A stretch of 63,952 nucleotides of DNA, filler included, from Octopus bimaculoides (lineage: Eukaryota): assembly GCF_001194135.2 (NCBI RefSeq). It is 8 parts of 7 records of this genome, joined end to end, with 100 filler letters (N's around TTAATTAATTAA, not from the genome) between each part and the next. Parts side by side here need not be neighbours in the genome. Positions count along the whole stretch, not along the records: positions 44,953 to 59,033 come from NC_068981.1; positions 59,134 to 61,959 come from NC_068982.1; positions 62,060 to 63,952 come from NW_026407298.1; 5 more parts are not named here. One strand, 5' to 3'. Both the position numbers and the translations under genes were made by a program. The notes under the pieces are model-generated. The model saw only the letters and a program-made list of their open reading frames with translations, had not been told where the DNA came from and did no database searches. The first letter of the stretch is position 1; each line of letters starts with the position of its first letter. Below are positions 51,466 to 63,740 of the stretch, piece by piece.

Positions 51466-51477
51466 ATCAAAATAATT

Positions 51478-51775
51478 TTATCGATTAATTAAGTGAACAT
51501 CTACTAGAAACGCAAGAGAAAGGTTTTCAGCACCCTTGCTCATCTGAAACCAACAGAAATAATCAAGGTAAGATTGGAAGGTTCTTTGGTTCACTTCTCT
51601 CATATCTTTCAAAATACGAATTTTCGAATCCAACCAGGTTCTTTTAATTGCTTGAGTATTGGTTCCAGTGTTTGGATCAACACAATGTCTTTGGTGGTTG
51701 ATAGTAGAATGGCAGAATTTTAGACGATTTAGACTGGAGTATGCTGGCCGTTTGTCGGAATGAATATCAGTGGAA
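51478..51775 (-). mobile_element. Merlin/ISXO2-like (IS1016) DDE transposase C-terminal fragment
   Basis: IHSDKRPAYSSL..HSTINHQRHCVDPNTGTNTQAIKRTW..YLDYFCW matches the HSD.W.AY..H..VNH...VDP.TG.HTQ.IE..W..YLDEF.WR pattern. Confidence 0.85.
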
Positions 51776-52935
51776 GCTATTCCCAAGCCTTCTTTACTGC
51801 TGTTTCGAGTTCATCAACTGATGAATATTGCAAGCAATATTCGTGAGATATCCCTAAGCATTCTATATAGGATTAAGGTCGTCACTTCTTGCTGGCCATG
51901 GCATGAATTCGACCCCAATTGCATGGAGGAAATCCGAAGTTCCCTTTGCTTTATGAATAGGAGCATTGTCCTGTTGAAATATGAAGTTCTCGCCACGGAA
52001 CTTTCTTCATCACTGTCCAGCATATCGATGTATCGTGCAGCATTGAAATGGCCATCCATGATTACAAGTGGCAGCTTCCCATTGACAGATAGTGCTCCCC
52101 ACACCATAAGACCTCCTCCGCTGTTCTGCCGCCTGGAACAAGTAGAATTGTGTATACTTTTATCAGCACAGTAATACTTATAACCGTTGGGGGCCATCCA
52201 AATCCCATTTTTCTCATCAGAGAACAGAACCCTGGTCCATTCACAATCCCACGTCTGATGCAGAGCAAACTCGAATCTAACAACTTTGTGGGAAGGGGAT
52301 AATAACGGATGTCCTAGCAGCTTCTTCAGGTGGAAACCATGGTTCAAAATCATTCTTTTTACAGTGTATGTCGAGTCTCCTGCTCCTGCTGATGCCTTGA
52401 TTTTGGAAACAGAAGAGCAACGTGACTTCTTCACAGCTCTGACAATGGCCCTTTCATCCCTTTCTGATATAGCCTTGGGACGTCTACCAGCTACAGCCGT
52501 CAGGGTCTTTCAGAAAATTGTCGACTGGCGTTCTGCTTCACCGAATCTTCTCGGCAATCTTCCGGTTACTCCTTCCTTCTACTTTCAGCTCAAGAATCTT
52601 CCCTTGTTCAATTTCAGAAAACTCTGTAGCTTCAGGCATGAGGAAATATAATCTGGATCGCGGAGAATACGATTGAGTCGAATATTTATTTTATGAAACT
52701 ATCTGGAAAGAAATGAAAATGTATTAGTGGCTTTATAGTTTTGAAGTGTTGATATGCAAGGAAAGATTGGAAAATCAGGTGTTGTAATGTGATAATAAAG
52801 GTACAAGGTTTACATTTCAAGGTAATCACAAAATACTCATTTACAATATATTATGCGCCATAGTCCACTTAAATACAGAGCTAAATTTCTAAAAAACTTA
52901 AAAAACATGTGGCTTTATAGTTTTGGATAGTAGTT
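51770..52935 (-). mobile_element. Tc1-family (DD34E) transposon, frameshifted, 3' end lost
   Basis: WTRVLFSDEK..GGGLMVWGALS..MDGHFNAARYIDML, PWPARSDDLNPIEN; IR/DR-type end with gtggctttatagttttg repeated at 52727 and 52909. Confidence 0.9.
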
Positions 52936-53029
52936 TATATACACATAAATCTACATATATATATTGGATGTTGAACATGGATATTATATGGGCTCTTACA
53001 AAGCGTTTTGAAAAGAAAATTGACGGAAC

Positions 53030-53345
53030 TTATACAAAAATGCTTCAAGCTGCTCTGGACATCTGGAGGTAACATCCTACAAAAGAACTTCTCTTTGGTA
53101 ATTTACCCCCAATATCACACGTCATCAGAGAAAGAACAATATTCGCTGAATGAGATCATCAGCGACGTTCTTTTTTGGGAACCGAAGCATGGGTACGCAA
53201 ATGTCGGTAGACCTCATCGAACCAAAATAAAGCAACTGTGCGAAGACCTACCACGTGCAATGGTGGACCGAACAGACTGGAGAGAAAGAGTCATGGCAAT
53301 CCGTGCAACAAACACAACAGGATGATGATGATGATGATGATGATA
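53030..53345 (+). mobile_element. RTE-clade LINE 3' end with (GAT)n tail
   Basis: EIISDVLFWEPKHGYANVGRPHRT..LPRAMVDRTDWRERVMAIRA, then (gat)n. Confidence 0.85.
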
Positions 53346-53372
53346 ATGTAACGCAATATAACGCGCGCGCGC

Positions 53373-53460
<88 letters not shown>

Positions 53461-53679
53461 TACAGGTAAATTCCTTACGACTGATTTCTGTTGAATGATT
53501 GTACTTATAATTTAAAGAATTCGACCATGTCACACTGTCTCACGCCTATTTGGAAGAGACTGTCCCCAGACAATAAATTGTTTAGATTCTTGTACACTAA
53601 TTCAATGAACAGTTAGTTGAGTTGACTGAACAACAGATACTGTTGAAATCTATGAACATCCATCTACTTTCATGTTTAT

Positions 53680-53719
<40 letters not shown>

Positions 53720-54049
53720 ACGCGTGTGTGTGTGTGTGTGAGTGTGTGCGTGTGCATATTCAATAATTAAATGGAGAAAATGTATGTATGTATGTATGTA
53801 TGTATGTATTAGCCCATGACGCGAGTTTGTGTTTCAGCGAGACACCCTTGTTTAAAATAACACTCGCTGTATACACACCAACAACCAGACAGAAGTCTAT
53901 TTGTTCGAATGCACCTCCTTATACATACATACATACATACATACATACATACACACGTATGTACACGTGTGTATCTTAAAGTACAAAGCTGACACATGTC
54001 AGTTACGATTGTATGAAATTCGCAACAAACGTGTGATCACCTCCGTTGC

Positions 54050-54190
54050 CTTTGAGATGGCTTAGTGTTGGATAAAAGCACCATATTTGTCATGAGGCTC
54101 TCTTGAGTAACCAATTTCAAAATGGTTATATCTTTCTTGCAAAGCCATTAGCTGAGTAAGTGGATTGACAAGTAATATGGGTACGAACTG
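54050..54190 (-). CDS. Ambiguous candidate exon (FVPILLVNPLTQLMALQERYNHFEI.. or KDITILKLVTQESLMTNMVLLSNTKPSQRQR)
   Basis: Strong acceptor caatttcgtttcag and donor GAG/gtgatc, but they do not bound a single open frame. Confidence 0.25.
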
Positions 54191-54598
54191 AAACGAAATT
54201 GTAGATTTATCTAGAAGTGAGCTTGTGTCCTACTTATTTTAAGATACATGTCACAGACACGCATGCAGAAGCACATATGTATATTGTTTAATGCAGTATG
54301 ATAACTAGTTCAGTCTAGTATTGTTAACTCGACGCATGTTATACTTTCTTTCAATTGTTGAACTGAGACCTGTTCGAGAATACATTGAATCAATGCCAGT
54401 TCATATCTGATACTTAACTCAAGTGCCACATAAAACAAAGTACGAGTTGCATGCCAACGCTTAAACCATAGAGAAAAAAAAAATTGAAGGTAAAACTTCT
54501 TATATAAATAACTTCAGCTTTATGTGCATATTTATAGGAATGTTTATATATTGTGTAAAAGAAAAATAATTACTTTTGCTTGTAAAGTGAGAAATTAC

Positions 54599-54696
54599 TA
54601 TTTCAGATAAGCAGCGTGTCGATTGAAAGCTTTTATTTTGACAATGTGCCAGCAGGTAATGTTGCGTAAATTTTGTGCAAATATCACTTATATGTC
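54599..54696 (-). CDS. Candidate internal exon (xHISDICTKFTQHYLLAHCQNKSFQSTRCLSEI)
   Basis: Acceptor ccctgccttatctttcag, only one open frame, donor gtaatt. Confidence 0.45.
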
Positions 54697-54876
54697 CTGA
54701 AAGATAAGGCAGGGAATTGTCTTTGCATCTATGATCAAATGGAATTCTTTTACTGGTTTGAGTCATTGAACTGCGGTCATATTTGGGCACCACCTTCGTG
54801 AGGGTTTTTTTTCCATTCTTTGTTTAGTTGACTAAAGGGTTGTATATGGATACACTAGTAAACTCGAAAATAGCCC

Positions 54877-54948
<72 letters not shown>

Positions 54949-55294
54949 TACATACAGACATGCATGCATGCATGCATACATAGATGCATGCATACATACA
55001 TGCATGTATACGATCATACATGCATACATACCTACATACATACATACATGCATTCATTCATTCATGCATACATACATACAAATGCATAATGGACAAATGA
55101 TAAAAGTCGAAAGATCTACTATAGAACGAATTTGCTGAGCCAAGACTCAGACGATCTCCTGTTGGCTCCTTAGTTGTAATGAATTGAGGGACTTATCTTG
55201 ATTTCATTAATTAATATCTAACTGAGTAGTATAAGCTTCTATGCTTTCAAGAAACAAATTTAACAAGCTGTACACAATCGAAATCTATATCTTT

Positions 55295-55660
55295 CACTGT
55301 TTCAGTCATTGGACTGCAGCCATGCTGGGGCACCGCTTTGAAGGACTTAGTCGAACAAATCTTATATTTAATGTCTTTTCTTATATTTAAAGTCTGATAC
55401 TTATTCTATCGGGCTATGTTACGTGAATATAAACAAACCAACCCAAACACAAGTTGTCATGTGGACAAACACAAAGGCACAAACACATGCATTACTCACA
55501 CATATACACGACGGACTTCCACACAGTTTCTGTCTATCAAAATTCACTCACAAGGCATTCGTTGACCCATATCTTTAGTTGAAAAGACTTGCTTAAGGTT
55601 GAATAAGGTTGAACCCGAAACCACATAGTTGCAAAGTGAGCTTTTTAACTACACAACCAT
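55295..55660 (-). mobile_element. SINE family A, complete but degenerate
   Basis: cagtcattggactgcagccatgctggggcaccg..; ttcactcacaaggcattc..aacccgaaaccacatagttgc..actacacaaccat. Confidence 0.75.
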
Positions 55661-55934
55661 ATCTGCACATGTATGAGATAAATTTATTAGTATAATTCAA
55701 ATTATCAGTCACCATAACCTCAAATCTTGATAATCTGAAAAGTATAGATATAAATAACATTTTTTTTTTCTCTATACGGTTATAAAAAAACACGAAATAC
55801 TAATTTCAGACCTCAGTAAACGGCTTCAAATATTTAAGTGGAATTGAAACTGTATGACATGCATATCGTTTTCAAGATCATTAGTAAAGGAAGAGCTATA
55901 AAGTGTCTACATGAAAGAAAAACACTTACATCTT

Positions 55935-56678
55935 ACGTAAGTACAACGCCTCAAATTCGGTGGAGTGTATAGTCGATTAGTTCGACACAACTACTCAACT
56001 GATACTTATTTTATCAAGCACACATGAATAATTGGCAAAGCTGATCTCTGTGGGAATTGAAATTTGATCGAGAATATGTCTTAACTAAATACTGTAAAGC
56101 ATCTTCTTTGACGCCCTAAAGATTCTGCCAATACAACAGAGAAAACTATAGAGGTCTATCAACAAAAGTTATGTATCATGTAGGCCAATTGTATGAGCTA
56201 CTGAATCGATACCACTTAATAATTTGTATCTATTTTATCGAACCTCTCTTCACTATAAAAGGGTGAAACGATAAATCAACATTGGACAGAGATGGACTCA
56301 GAATATACAAGATCGAGACTAAATATTGCACAGTAATTATTCCAATGCATTATCATTTCCACTCTATATTAGCACAAAGCGTTTAATATTGCATTCGAAA
56401 ACTCATGTCATTTCTCGCCTTCATACGTTGTTATAAATAAAAAAAAATTGAAAAGGTAAGAAAATAATCCCTTATTACAATAGACACAAGGCCTAAAATT
56501 TAAGGGAAGAGCTAGCCGAGTATATTGATCCCAGGGCTCAACTAGTACTTATTTTATCGACTCCGAAAGGATGAAAAGCAAAATTGACCTCAGTGGTATT
56601 TGAACTCAAAATGTAAAGACGGATGAAATACTGATAAACATTTTGCCCGGCGTGCTAACGATTCTGGCAGCTCACCGG
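55935..56678 (-). mobile_element. Two SINE family B copies (55935-56130 degenerate; 56480-56678)
   Basis: acacaaggcctaaaattt..gtacttattttatcgactccgaaaggatgaaaagc..gcccggcgtgctaacgattctggcagctcacc. Confidence 0.85.
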
Positions 56679-56881
56679 TAAAAAATGATAAAATATATTG
56701 ATATAATAAAATATATTGATATAATAAAATATATTGATACTCTTCAAAAAAAGAGTGAGTAGCACAGCTGCTAACAAACGATCAGTTGCTTTTTCTTAAC
56801 TCCAAATTAAAGGCAAAACTGCATTCCCCAAACTTTCATAAATGCATTCATGAGCAAAATTTCCTTCTCGTTAAATAATAC

Positions 56882-56985
56882 TTTTTGTAAGTTTCAATGA
56901 GAAAGAATGGAGTTTCATCCATGACCTTCATCCAGGATATTTGCCTATAAAATTCACCTACACTTTGCTCATGATCCTCGCACGC
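56882..56985 (-). CDS. Candidate internal exon (ACEDHEQSVGEFYRQISWMKVMDETPFFLIETYK)
   Basis: In phase with the 57099 exon across a 113-nt intron; acceptor weak (cttgaaag), donor gtatta. Confidence 0.45.
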
Positions 56986-57098
56986 CTTTCAAGACTGGTG
57001 GAATCGATGAAGTTGATTTTATCTTATACATCTACAAGTCAACGATTGCAGGAAAAATGCACTACGGTTAGATCTAAAAGATTCACATACCTACTCAC

Positions 57099-57158
57099 CA
57101 TCCAGGAATCCGGACGAAAGCCTTTCGATTCTCTACTAACGTTACATATTTGCATCAG
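57099..57158 (-). CDS. Candidate internal exon (LMQICNVSRESKGFRPDSWM)
   Basis: Polypyrimidine tract plus aacag acceptor, canonical gtgagt donor, phase 0/0. Confidence 0.6.
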
Positions 57159-57302
57159 CTGTTACCTTTTCCAAAAAAGAAAAAGAAAATGAAGACGAGC
57201 GCTCACTTTTAATCAGATAGTCACAGGAAGAAAACAGAATGCACTGCCAAAGCAATATAAATATTTACTACTTCCTCTAATTCAGTTCAGACTGACACTC
57301 AC

Positions 57303-57356
57303 CAACTTGGTCGCAAATTCATCCCAGTTATGATGCAGTTTGCGGTCTGGGCAGAA
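57303..57356 (-). CDS. Candidate internal exon (FCPDRKLHHNWDEFATKL)
   Basis: Canonical gtgagt donor; phase 0 joins the 57158 exon in frame over a 144-nt intron; acceptor atatag. Confidence 0.55.
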
Positions 57357-57470
57357 CTATATCCAGAACAATTTGATCAGGCGCTTGTCCCAGTACAAGT
57401 ACTTTAAGAGTTGCAAATCTAGCTTTGGTCAGTATTTGCCCCTTGTAAAGGATAATCTCGTACTTTACTA

Positions 57471-57707
57471 TTGGGTTGGTGCATAATTATTGCGGCTTTT
57501 TTTTCAACAAAAACAATAACAATATTTAACAAAAACATCTTTAAATGACGGTCTGACCATCTGCCAAGCAAATGGGAAGCAGTAATTGAAGTAGATGGTG
57601 AATATGCTCCGGAATAATCATTTAAAGATGTTTTTGTTATACGTTATTATTTTTGTTGAATAAAATTTGTTGAAAAAAAAAACTGCATTAGTTATAAACC
57701 AACCCAA
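57471..57707. mobile_element. mariner-derived MITE with TA flanks
   Basis: TA|TTGGGTTGG...CCAACCCAA|TA, long imperfect TIRs; the centre encodes GLDHLPSKWEAVIEVDGEY (mariner C-terminus). Confidence 0.85.
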
Positions 57708-58968
57708 TAGCTTTTGCGAACAACTGTGAACTTCGTAGTGATTGACATTATAATGATCAGATTAGATATGTAAGTTCCTTTAATTCCCAGACCAAGTAGT
57801 GTTCTCTTAAGAACGATCTTTCTTTTGAAGAAATTCGGGAGCCAACACTTATAAAAGAGAAGTATAAGGAGCATTCATTACTGAATTAAGTATGGACTAT
57901 TAAACGGTTTTGACTGGCGATTATTAACTCTGATTACCAAACTGTTTTCACAATGCGAAGTGGAGGTCCAGCTCATGAAAATAAACCATATTTCAGTTGC
58001 TTTGATTGTTACTCTTATCGAAAACCTATCTCGATTAGTAAGAGCTTCTTCAAAGAGCCATATCTGCCATTCTACATCACATGAAATGGAAGTTATTCTA
58101 GAATCGCAAAATTTTTTGTGACCTTTAACATTAACTAGAATAGGTGCCGAATTTTTATGATAGCATATTAATCAAAACAATTAACTTTAGTAGGATTAAT
58201 TCTTTTTACTGCCTCATTATTTCTCTATTCAGTCAGGTAAGCAGGCTTTAGTTAGTTGCCAGTTATAGTTTACATAAAGACCGGGGATAAGAGCGAAGAA
58301 GTCTGATGTACGTCAATAAATAATCTAAGAACTTTTGTGCATCGATTATGTAAGCGTGTGCGTGCGTGTATACATGTAAACAGAAAGAAAGCAAAGACTG
58401 AAGATTTTCAGACGATAACAGCAGATAAAATTAAAGGAGAGGAGATAAGGTGTTACAAGTCCAACTGTTTCTGGGAGATCAGAGATCCATCGTAATGTCG
58501 GTAGATCACGAAAATATGCAGCCCGTAATGGGATTAAATAAGCATTGGATAAGTCGAGCCTCCGTCACCAGGGTAGAAATCTTACATTTCAGATCATGAT
58601 GCAGAGAAATTAAAAAATGGAATGATTAAATGTGGAGAGCAAGCAGTATTGGATGGAGGAAGCCGGAGGCTCGGTGGGGGTGTTGAGGTAGGAAAGGGTG
58701 AAAAGAGATAAGGGAGTCAGTTCAGGAAGATGGAGTGGGGTTAACAATCAGGGTATTGAGAGAGGTACTAGTAGAGGTGGCGAGTTAGGAGATAAGTGAG
58801 GGAAAGAGGTAGTAATTAAAAGGTGGTCAGTTATTGTTGGGTTTGTGGATAAATGTCAAAATTTAGGGATAATGTCTACAGAACTACTGGAAGTTGACAC
58901 AGGGAGAAAGGGTGGTGGCAATATATTTATAATACAGACACGCGCACACGTATAAAACGTATATTTAT

Positions 58969-59033
<65 letters not shown>

Positions 59034-59136
59034 NNNNNNNNNNNNNNNNNNNNNNNNNNNNNNNNNNNNNNNNNNNNTTAATTAATTAANNNNNNNNNNN
59101 NNNNNNNNNNNNNNNNNNNNNNNNNNNNNNNNNATC

Positions 59137-59400
59137 TGTTATGTTTCCCTCGGGTGACTCGTAGAGATAACACAACGAGTTATACAATTTAATTATTACA
59201 TTTATTGTTCAATTACATACAAAGAACGCACTCACCCAATGTTCGTTATGAATAAACAAAAGTCATGTCCGCCATATATATATCAATGACCTTTTACTAC
59301 GACAGTCCCACAAGACAACAACAATGAAACAATGAACTCAGACGAACCACATGACACACGGAACGTCAGACGAATTACATATCTAACAGTCCATATAACA
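59137..59400 (-). mobile_element. Solo LTR (264 bp)
   Basis: TGTTAT...ATAACA termini; AATAAA near the minus-strand 3' end; right flank atatc and visible left flank atc fit a 5-bp TSD. Confidence 0.6.
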
Positions 59401-59596
59401 ATATCAGCATATAGAAATGTAATGAAAAGATATAAAAAGTATCCCTACATAAAACCTTTCATATACACTCAAAAATCTCTACAAAAGTATATCATAGATG
59501 CAACCAAGAATATTTCTACATAGAACATATCATAAATGCAAACAACTTTCTCTAAATGAAATATATGGGACACCCATACAAAAACATATATACATA

Positions 59597-59761
59597 GGCG
59601 TAGGAGTGGCTGTATAGTAAGTAGCTTGCTTACGAACCACATGGTTCCGGGTTTAGTCCCACTGCGTGACATCTTGGGCAAGTGTCTTCTACTATAGCCT
59701 CGGGCCGACCAAAGCCTTGTGAGTGGATTTGGTAGACGGAAACTGAAAGAAGCCCGTCGTA
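59597..59761 (+). mobile_element. SINE family A head (young copy)
   Basis: ggcgtaggagtggctgtatagtaagtagcttgcttacgaaccacatggttccgggtttagtccc..ttgggcaagtgtcttc..gaagcccgtcg. Confidence 0.9.
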
Positions 59762-60414
59762 TGTATGTATTTATATATATATATATATNNNNNNNNNNNN
59801 NNNNNNNNNNNNNNNNNNNNNNNNNNNNNNNNNNNNNNNNNNNNNNNNNNNNNNNNNNNNNNNNNNNNNNNNNNNNNNNNNNNNNNNNNNNNNNNNNNNN
59901 NNNNNNNNNNNNNNNNNNNNNNNNNNNNNNNNNNNNNNNNNNNNNNNNNNNNNNNNNNNNNNNNNNNNNNNNNNNNNNNNNNNNNNNNNNNNNNNNNNNN
60001 NNNNNNNNNNNNNNNNNNNNNNNNNNNNNNNNNNNNNNNNNNNNNNNNNNNNNNNNNNNNNNNNNNNNNNNNNNNNNNNNNNNNNNNNNNNNNNNNNNNN
60101 NNNNNNNNNNNNNNNNNNNNNNNNNNNNNNNNNNNNNNNNNNNNNNNNNNNNNNNNNNNNNNNNNNNNNNNNNNNNNNNNNNNNNNNNNNNNNNNNNNNN
60201 NNNNNNNNNNNNNNNNNNNNNNNNNNNNNNNNNNNNNNNNNNNNNNNNNNNNNNNNNNNNNNNNNNNNNNNNNNNNNNNNNNNNNNNNNNNNNNNNNNNN
60301 NNNNNNNNNNNNNNNNNNNNNNNNNNNNNNNNNNNNNNNNNNNNNNNNNNNNNNNNNNNNNNNNNNNNNNNNNNNNNNNNNNNNNNNNNNNNNNNNNNNN
60401 NNNNNNNNNNNNNN

Positions 60415-60464
<50 letters not shown>

Positions 60465-60654
60465 TTTTTCCACCTGGAGACGCCTCTTTCTATTCCTCTA
60501 TCATGCTCTAAATTATCACCTGACACAAACCCATTTTCCTCAATACTGCTCTCCACCTAGTTTGTCTTTAAATTATTTGAAGGTGAAGATGCGGGTTTGC
60601 AAAGGTAGCCTACGTAGTACATACATACATACATACATACATACATACATACAT

Positions 60655-61935
60655 CAAGACTTGGAAGGCAACTACTTGAGCAGCATTCCTTGTCTTATAA
60701 CCTTAAATACATGACCAAAGAAGTTGCACGACTCTACTACAACATATCATCAGATGAAAGGATGGGCGTATATGAGCAGAAGACCATGCATGGATATGTT
60801 ATTAGAAAGTTCCGAGATGATGGTAACATTGATCATCAAAGCAGTCTATCATGGACCAACGACCGGATTACTACCTCCCACTTTGAAACGTATGCGTTTG
60901 CAATCCAAGAACAGGAAATATCAACCAAATACCTGATGCACAAAAATGGGCAGAGATGCAGGAAAAGCAGTAAAATGTGACAACCGATGCAGACTTTGTA
61001 GATTTAACACCGAAGATATCATCCACATCAAATGCAGTTGTCTTAAAATGTCATCACGATATTATTTACTGATAGGACATGATGTTGTGGCTAGGACACT
61101 GTATAACGAGATCTGTCGAAAGGATAACCCCGAGGACAAAGAAATAAGAGCCCACAGTATGGTAGAAGCCAGAGCCACTCATAATAAAAAGGAATACTGA
61201 TGGAATGTCCTAGTGAAAACCTCAGTAAAATGCAAACACAATAGATCTGATATAACGATTTGGAATAGAGAAGAGAAACCGTGTACAGTTGTAGAGATCA
61301 GCTACCCAACGGATGTTAACATAAAACTGAAGATCAGTGAAAAAGAGAATACCTACGCTGGACTATTGAGAAATCTACAATTATTCTATCCTGATTACAA
61401 GTTCAGGTTTATACCTGTAATTATTGGGGTACTAGGATATGTAACACACTACCTAAATACTAAACTTGAGATATTAGGCTTCTCAAAACCAAGAAGAAAG
61501 CTAATTCGAAGATTACAGATCCAAGCTATTACTGAAACTTTAAATATCTGTAAAACGTTCCAGAAGTTTATCATTTAAGTATATATGAGCATGTCTAGAT
61601 ATGCACCTACATACATGGGAAGATATACACAAAACAAAACATACAAATCTGCACGTATACATACATACATACATACATACATACATACATACATACCGAG
61701 AGACAGAAATAAAACATCTTCGTAACTTTGTTCTGTTTGTTTTTTATTTGTTCAAATGCATATATACTTATATACATACATACATACATACATACATACA
61801 TACATACATACATACATACATACAAAAATACCCTGCAGTTAAAGTTGAAATTCCACTGAAGGAGCCTTGAATCTAGGTTAGAAACCGACTCTTTCTTTAT
61901 TGGCAAGAAAACTTGAAATAAAACTGAACAATGAC
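60655..61935 (+). mobile_element. RLE-type (R4/Dong-like) non-LTR retrotransposon, second family, 5'-truncated, flanked by (CATA)n
   Basis: CRLCRFNTEDIIHIKCSC (CCHC), HDVVARTLY, HNRSDITIW..VEISYPTDVN..EKENTY..FIPVIIGVLG..ICKTFQKFII*; 3'UTR ends aataaaactgaacaatga(cata)n; (cata)n also lies immediately 5'. Confidence 0.85.
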
Positions 61936-62072
61936 ATACATACATACATACATACATACNNNNNNNNNNNNNNNNNNNNNNNNNNNNNNNNNNNNNNNNN
62001 NNNTTAATTAATTAANNNNNNNNNNNNNNNNNNNNNNNNNNNNNNNNNNNNNNNNNNNNATACATACATGAA

Positions 62073-62103
<31 letters not shown>

Positions 62104-62417
62104 CATACATACATATATATTAATGAGGGAACAGCATTCCTTTCAGTTGTAAGAAAGAAATAGGAATAATGCCATGCCCACACAATCTTGCTCTATTCCC
62201 ACAGTACTAAAACACCAGCAATTATCTTCTTTTTTGTGTCTTTATTTTGATAAAGAACAAATTCTAATTCATAGGAATTCCTTATTGTTTAATTAGGTTA
62301 TTGTGTATTGTGTGTGTGAGTGTGTATGTGCACGTGTGTATGTATGTATGTATGCATATATATAATATATATATATATATACACACACACATAACTAAAT
62401 TTGTATGGATATATCTA

Positions 62418-62482
<65 letters not shown>

Positions 62483-63367
62483 NNNNNNNNNNNNNNNNNN
62501 NNNNNNNNNNNNNNNNNNNNNNNNNNNNNNNNNNNNNNNNNNNNNNNNNNNNNNNNNNNNNNNNNNNNNNNNNNNNNNNNNNNNNNNNNNNNNNNNNNNN
62601 NNNNNNNNNNNNNNNNNNNNNNNNNNNNNNNNNNNNNNNNNNNNNNNNNNNNNNNNNNNNNNNNNNNNNNNNNNNNNNNNNNNNNNNNNNNNNNNNNNNN
62701 NNNNNNNNNNNNNNNNNNNNNNNNNNNNNNNNNNNNNNNNNNNNNNNNNNNNNNNNNNNNNNNNNNNNNNNNNNNNNNNNNNNNNNNNNNNNNNNNNNNN
62801 NNNNNNNNNNNNNNNNNNNNNNNNNNNNNNNNNNNNNNNNNNNNNNNNNNNNNNNNNNNNNNNNNNNNNNNNNNNNNNNNNNNNNNNNNNNNNNNNNNNN
62901 NNNNNNNNNNNNNNNNNNNNNNNNNNNNNNNNNNNNNNNNNNNNNNNNNNNNNNNNNNNNNNNNNNNNNNNNNNNNNNNNNNNNNNNNNNNNNNNNNNNN
63001 NNNNNNNNNNNNNNNNNNNNNNNNNNNNNNNNNNNNNNNNNNNNNNNNNNNNNNNNNNNNNNNNNNNNNNNNNNNNNNNNNNNNNNNNNNNNNNNNNNNN
63101 NNNNNNNNNNNNNNNNNNNNNNNNNNNNNNNNNNNNNNNNNNNNNNNNNNNNNNNNNNNNNNNNNNNNNNNNNNNNNNNNNNNNNNNNNNNNNNNNNNNN
63201 NNNNNNNNNNNNNNNNNNNNNNNNNNNNNNNNNNNNNNNNNNNNNNNNNNNNNNNNNNNNNNNNNNNNNNNNNNNNNNNNNNNNNNNNNNNNNNNNNNNN
63301 NNNNNNNNNNNNNNNNNNNNNNNNNNNNNNNNNNNNNNNNNNNNNNNNNNNNNNNNNNNNNNNNNNA

Positions 63368-63640
63368 ACAACCCTTATTCAGGGACTTTTTGAGCGGGAT
63401 GGGCTACTCGACGTGAAGAAAATTCTAACTGGGCTCCACCTGCAAGGTCATGCGCCGTTTATCTTGATATGAGATCACCATGTCGCGCACATATGGTTGT
63501 GATGCATGTGCCTGGTGTACCCTTATCAGATGGGTAGTCATGATGGGTATATTGGGCTTTGTATATTTTACCCCAGTGTCACTTTGATGGCATGCACTGC
63601 TCTCTCACTCAGTAATAATATTAATAATAATAGTAATAAT
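63368..63640 (+). mobile_element. Unclassified interspersed repeat 3' part ending in (AAT)n
   Basis: GC-richer non-coding body ending ctctctcactcag(taa)n; 5' part lost in a gap. Confidence 0.4.
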
Positions 63641-63645
63641 AATCC

Positions 63646-63740
63646 TTTCTACTATAGGCACAGAGCCTGAAATTTTAGAAGGAGGTGTTAGTTGATTACA
63701 TTGACCCCAGTGCTTAACTGGTACTTATTTTATCAACCCA
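63646..63740 (-). mobile_element. SINE family B 3' fragment
   Basis: cctttctactataggcacagagcctgaaattt..gaccccagtgcttaactggtacttattttatc. Confidence 0.8.

Noticed and set aside
54610-54656. Plus-strand micro-exon candidate (ISSVSIESFYFDNVPA), and similarly 35309-35337
   Set aside because: Isolated AG/GT pairs with no partner exons; the 54.6-kb one overlaps a better-supported minus-strand exon
57945-58105. Open minus-strand frame ITSISCDVEWQIWLFEE.. between AG and GT
   Set aside because: Plausible splice sites but several competing frames and no independent support; left unannotated
61851-61892. Hammerhead-like CTGAAGG-AGCCT/AGGTT-AGAAACCG in the 3'UTR of the CATA-flanked LINE
   Set aside because: A9 position is wrong, and there is no UH triplet and no stem I partner; kept only as a curiosity to check in the family consensus
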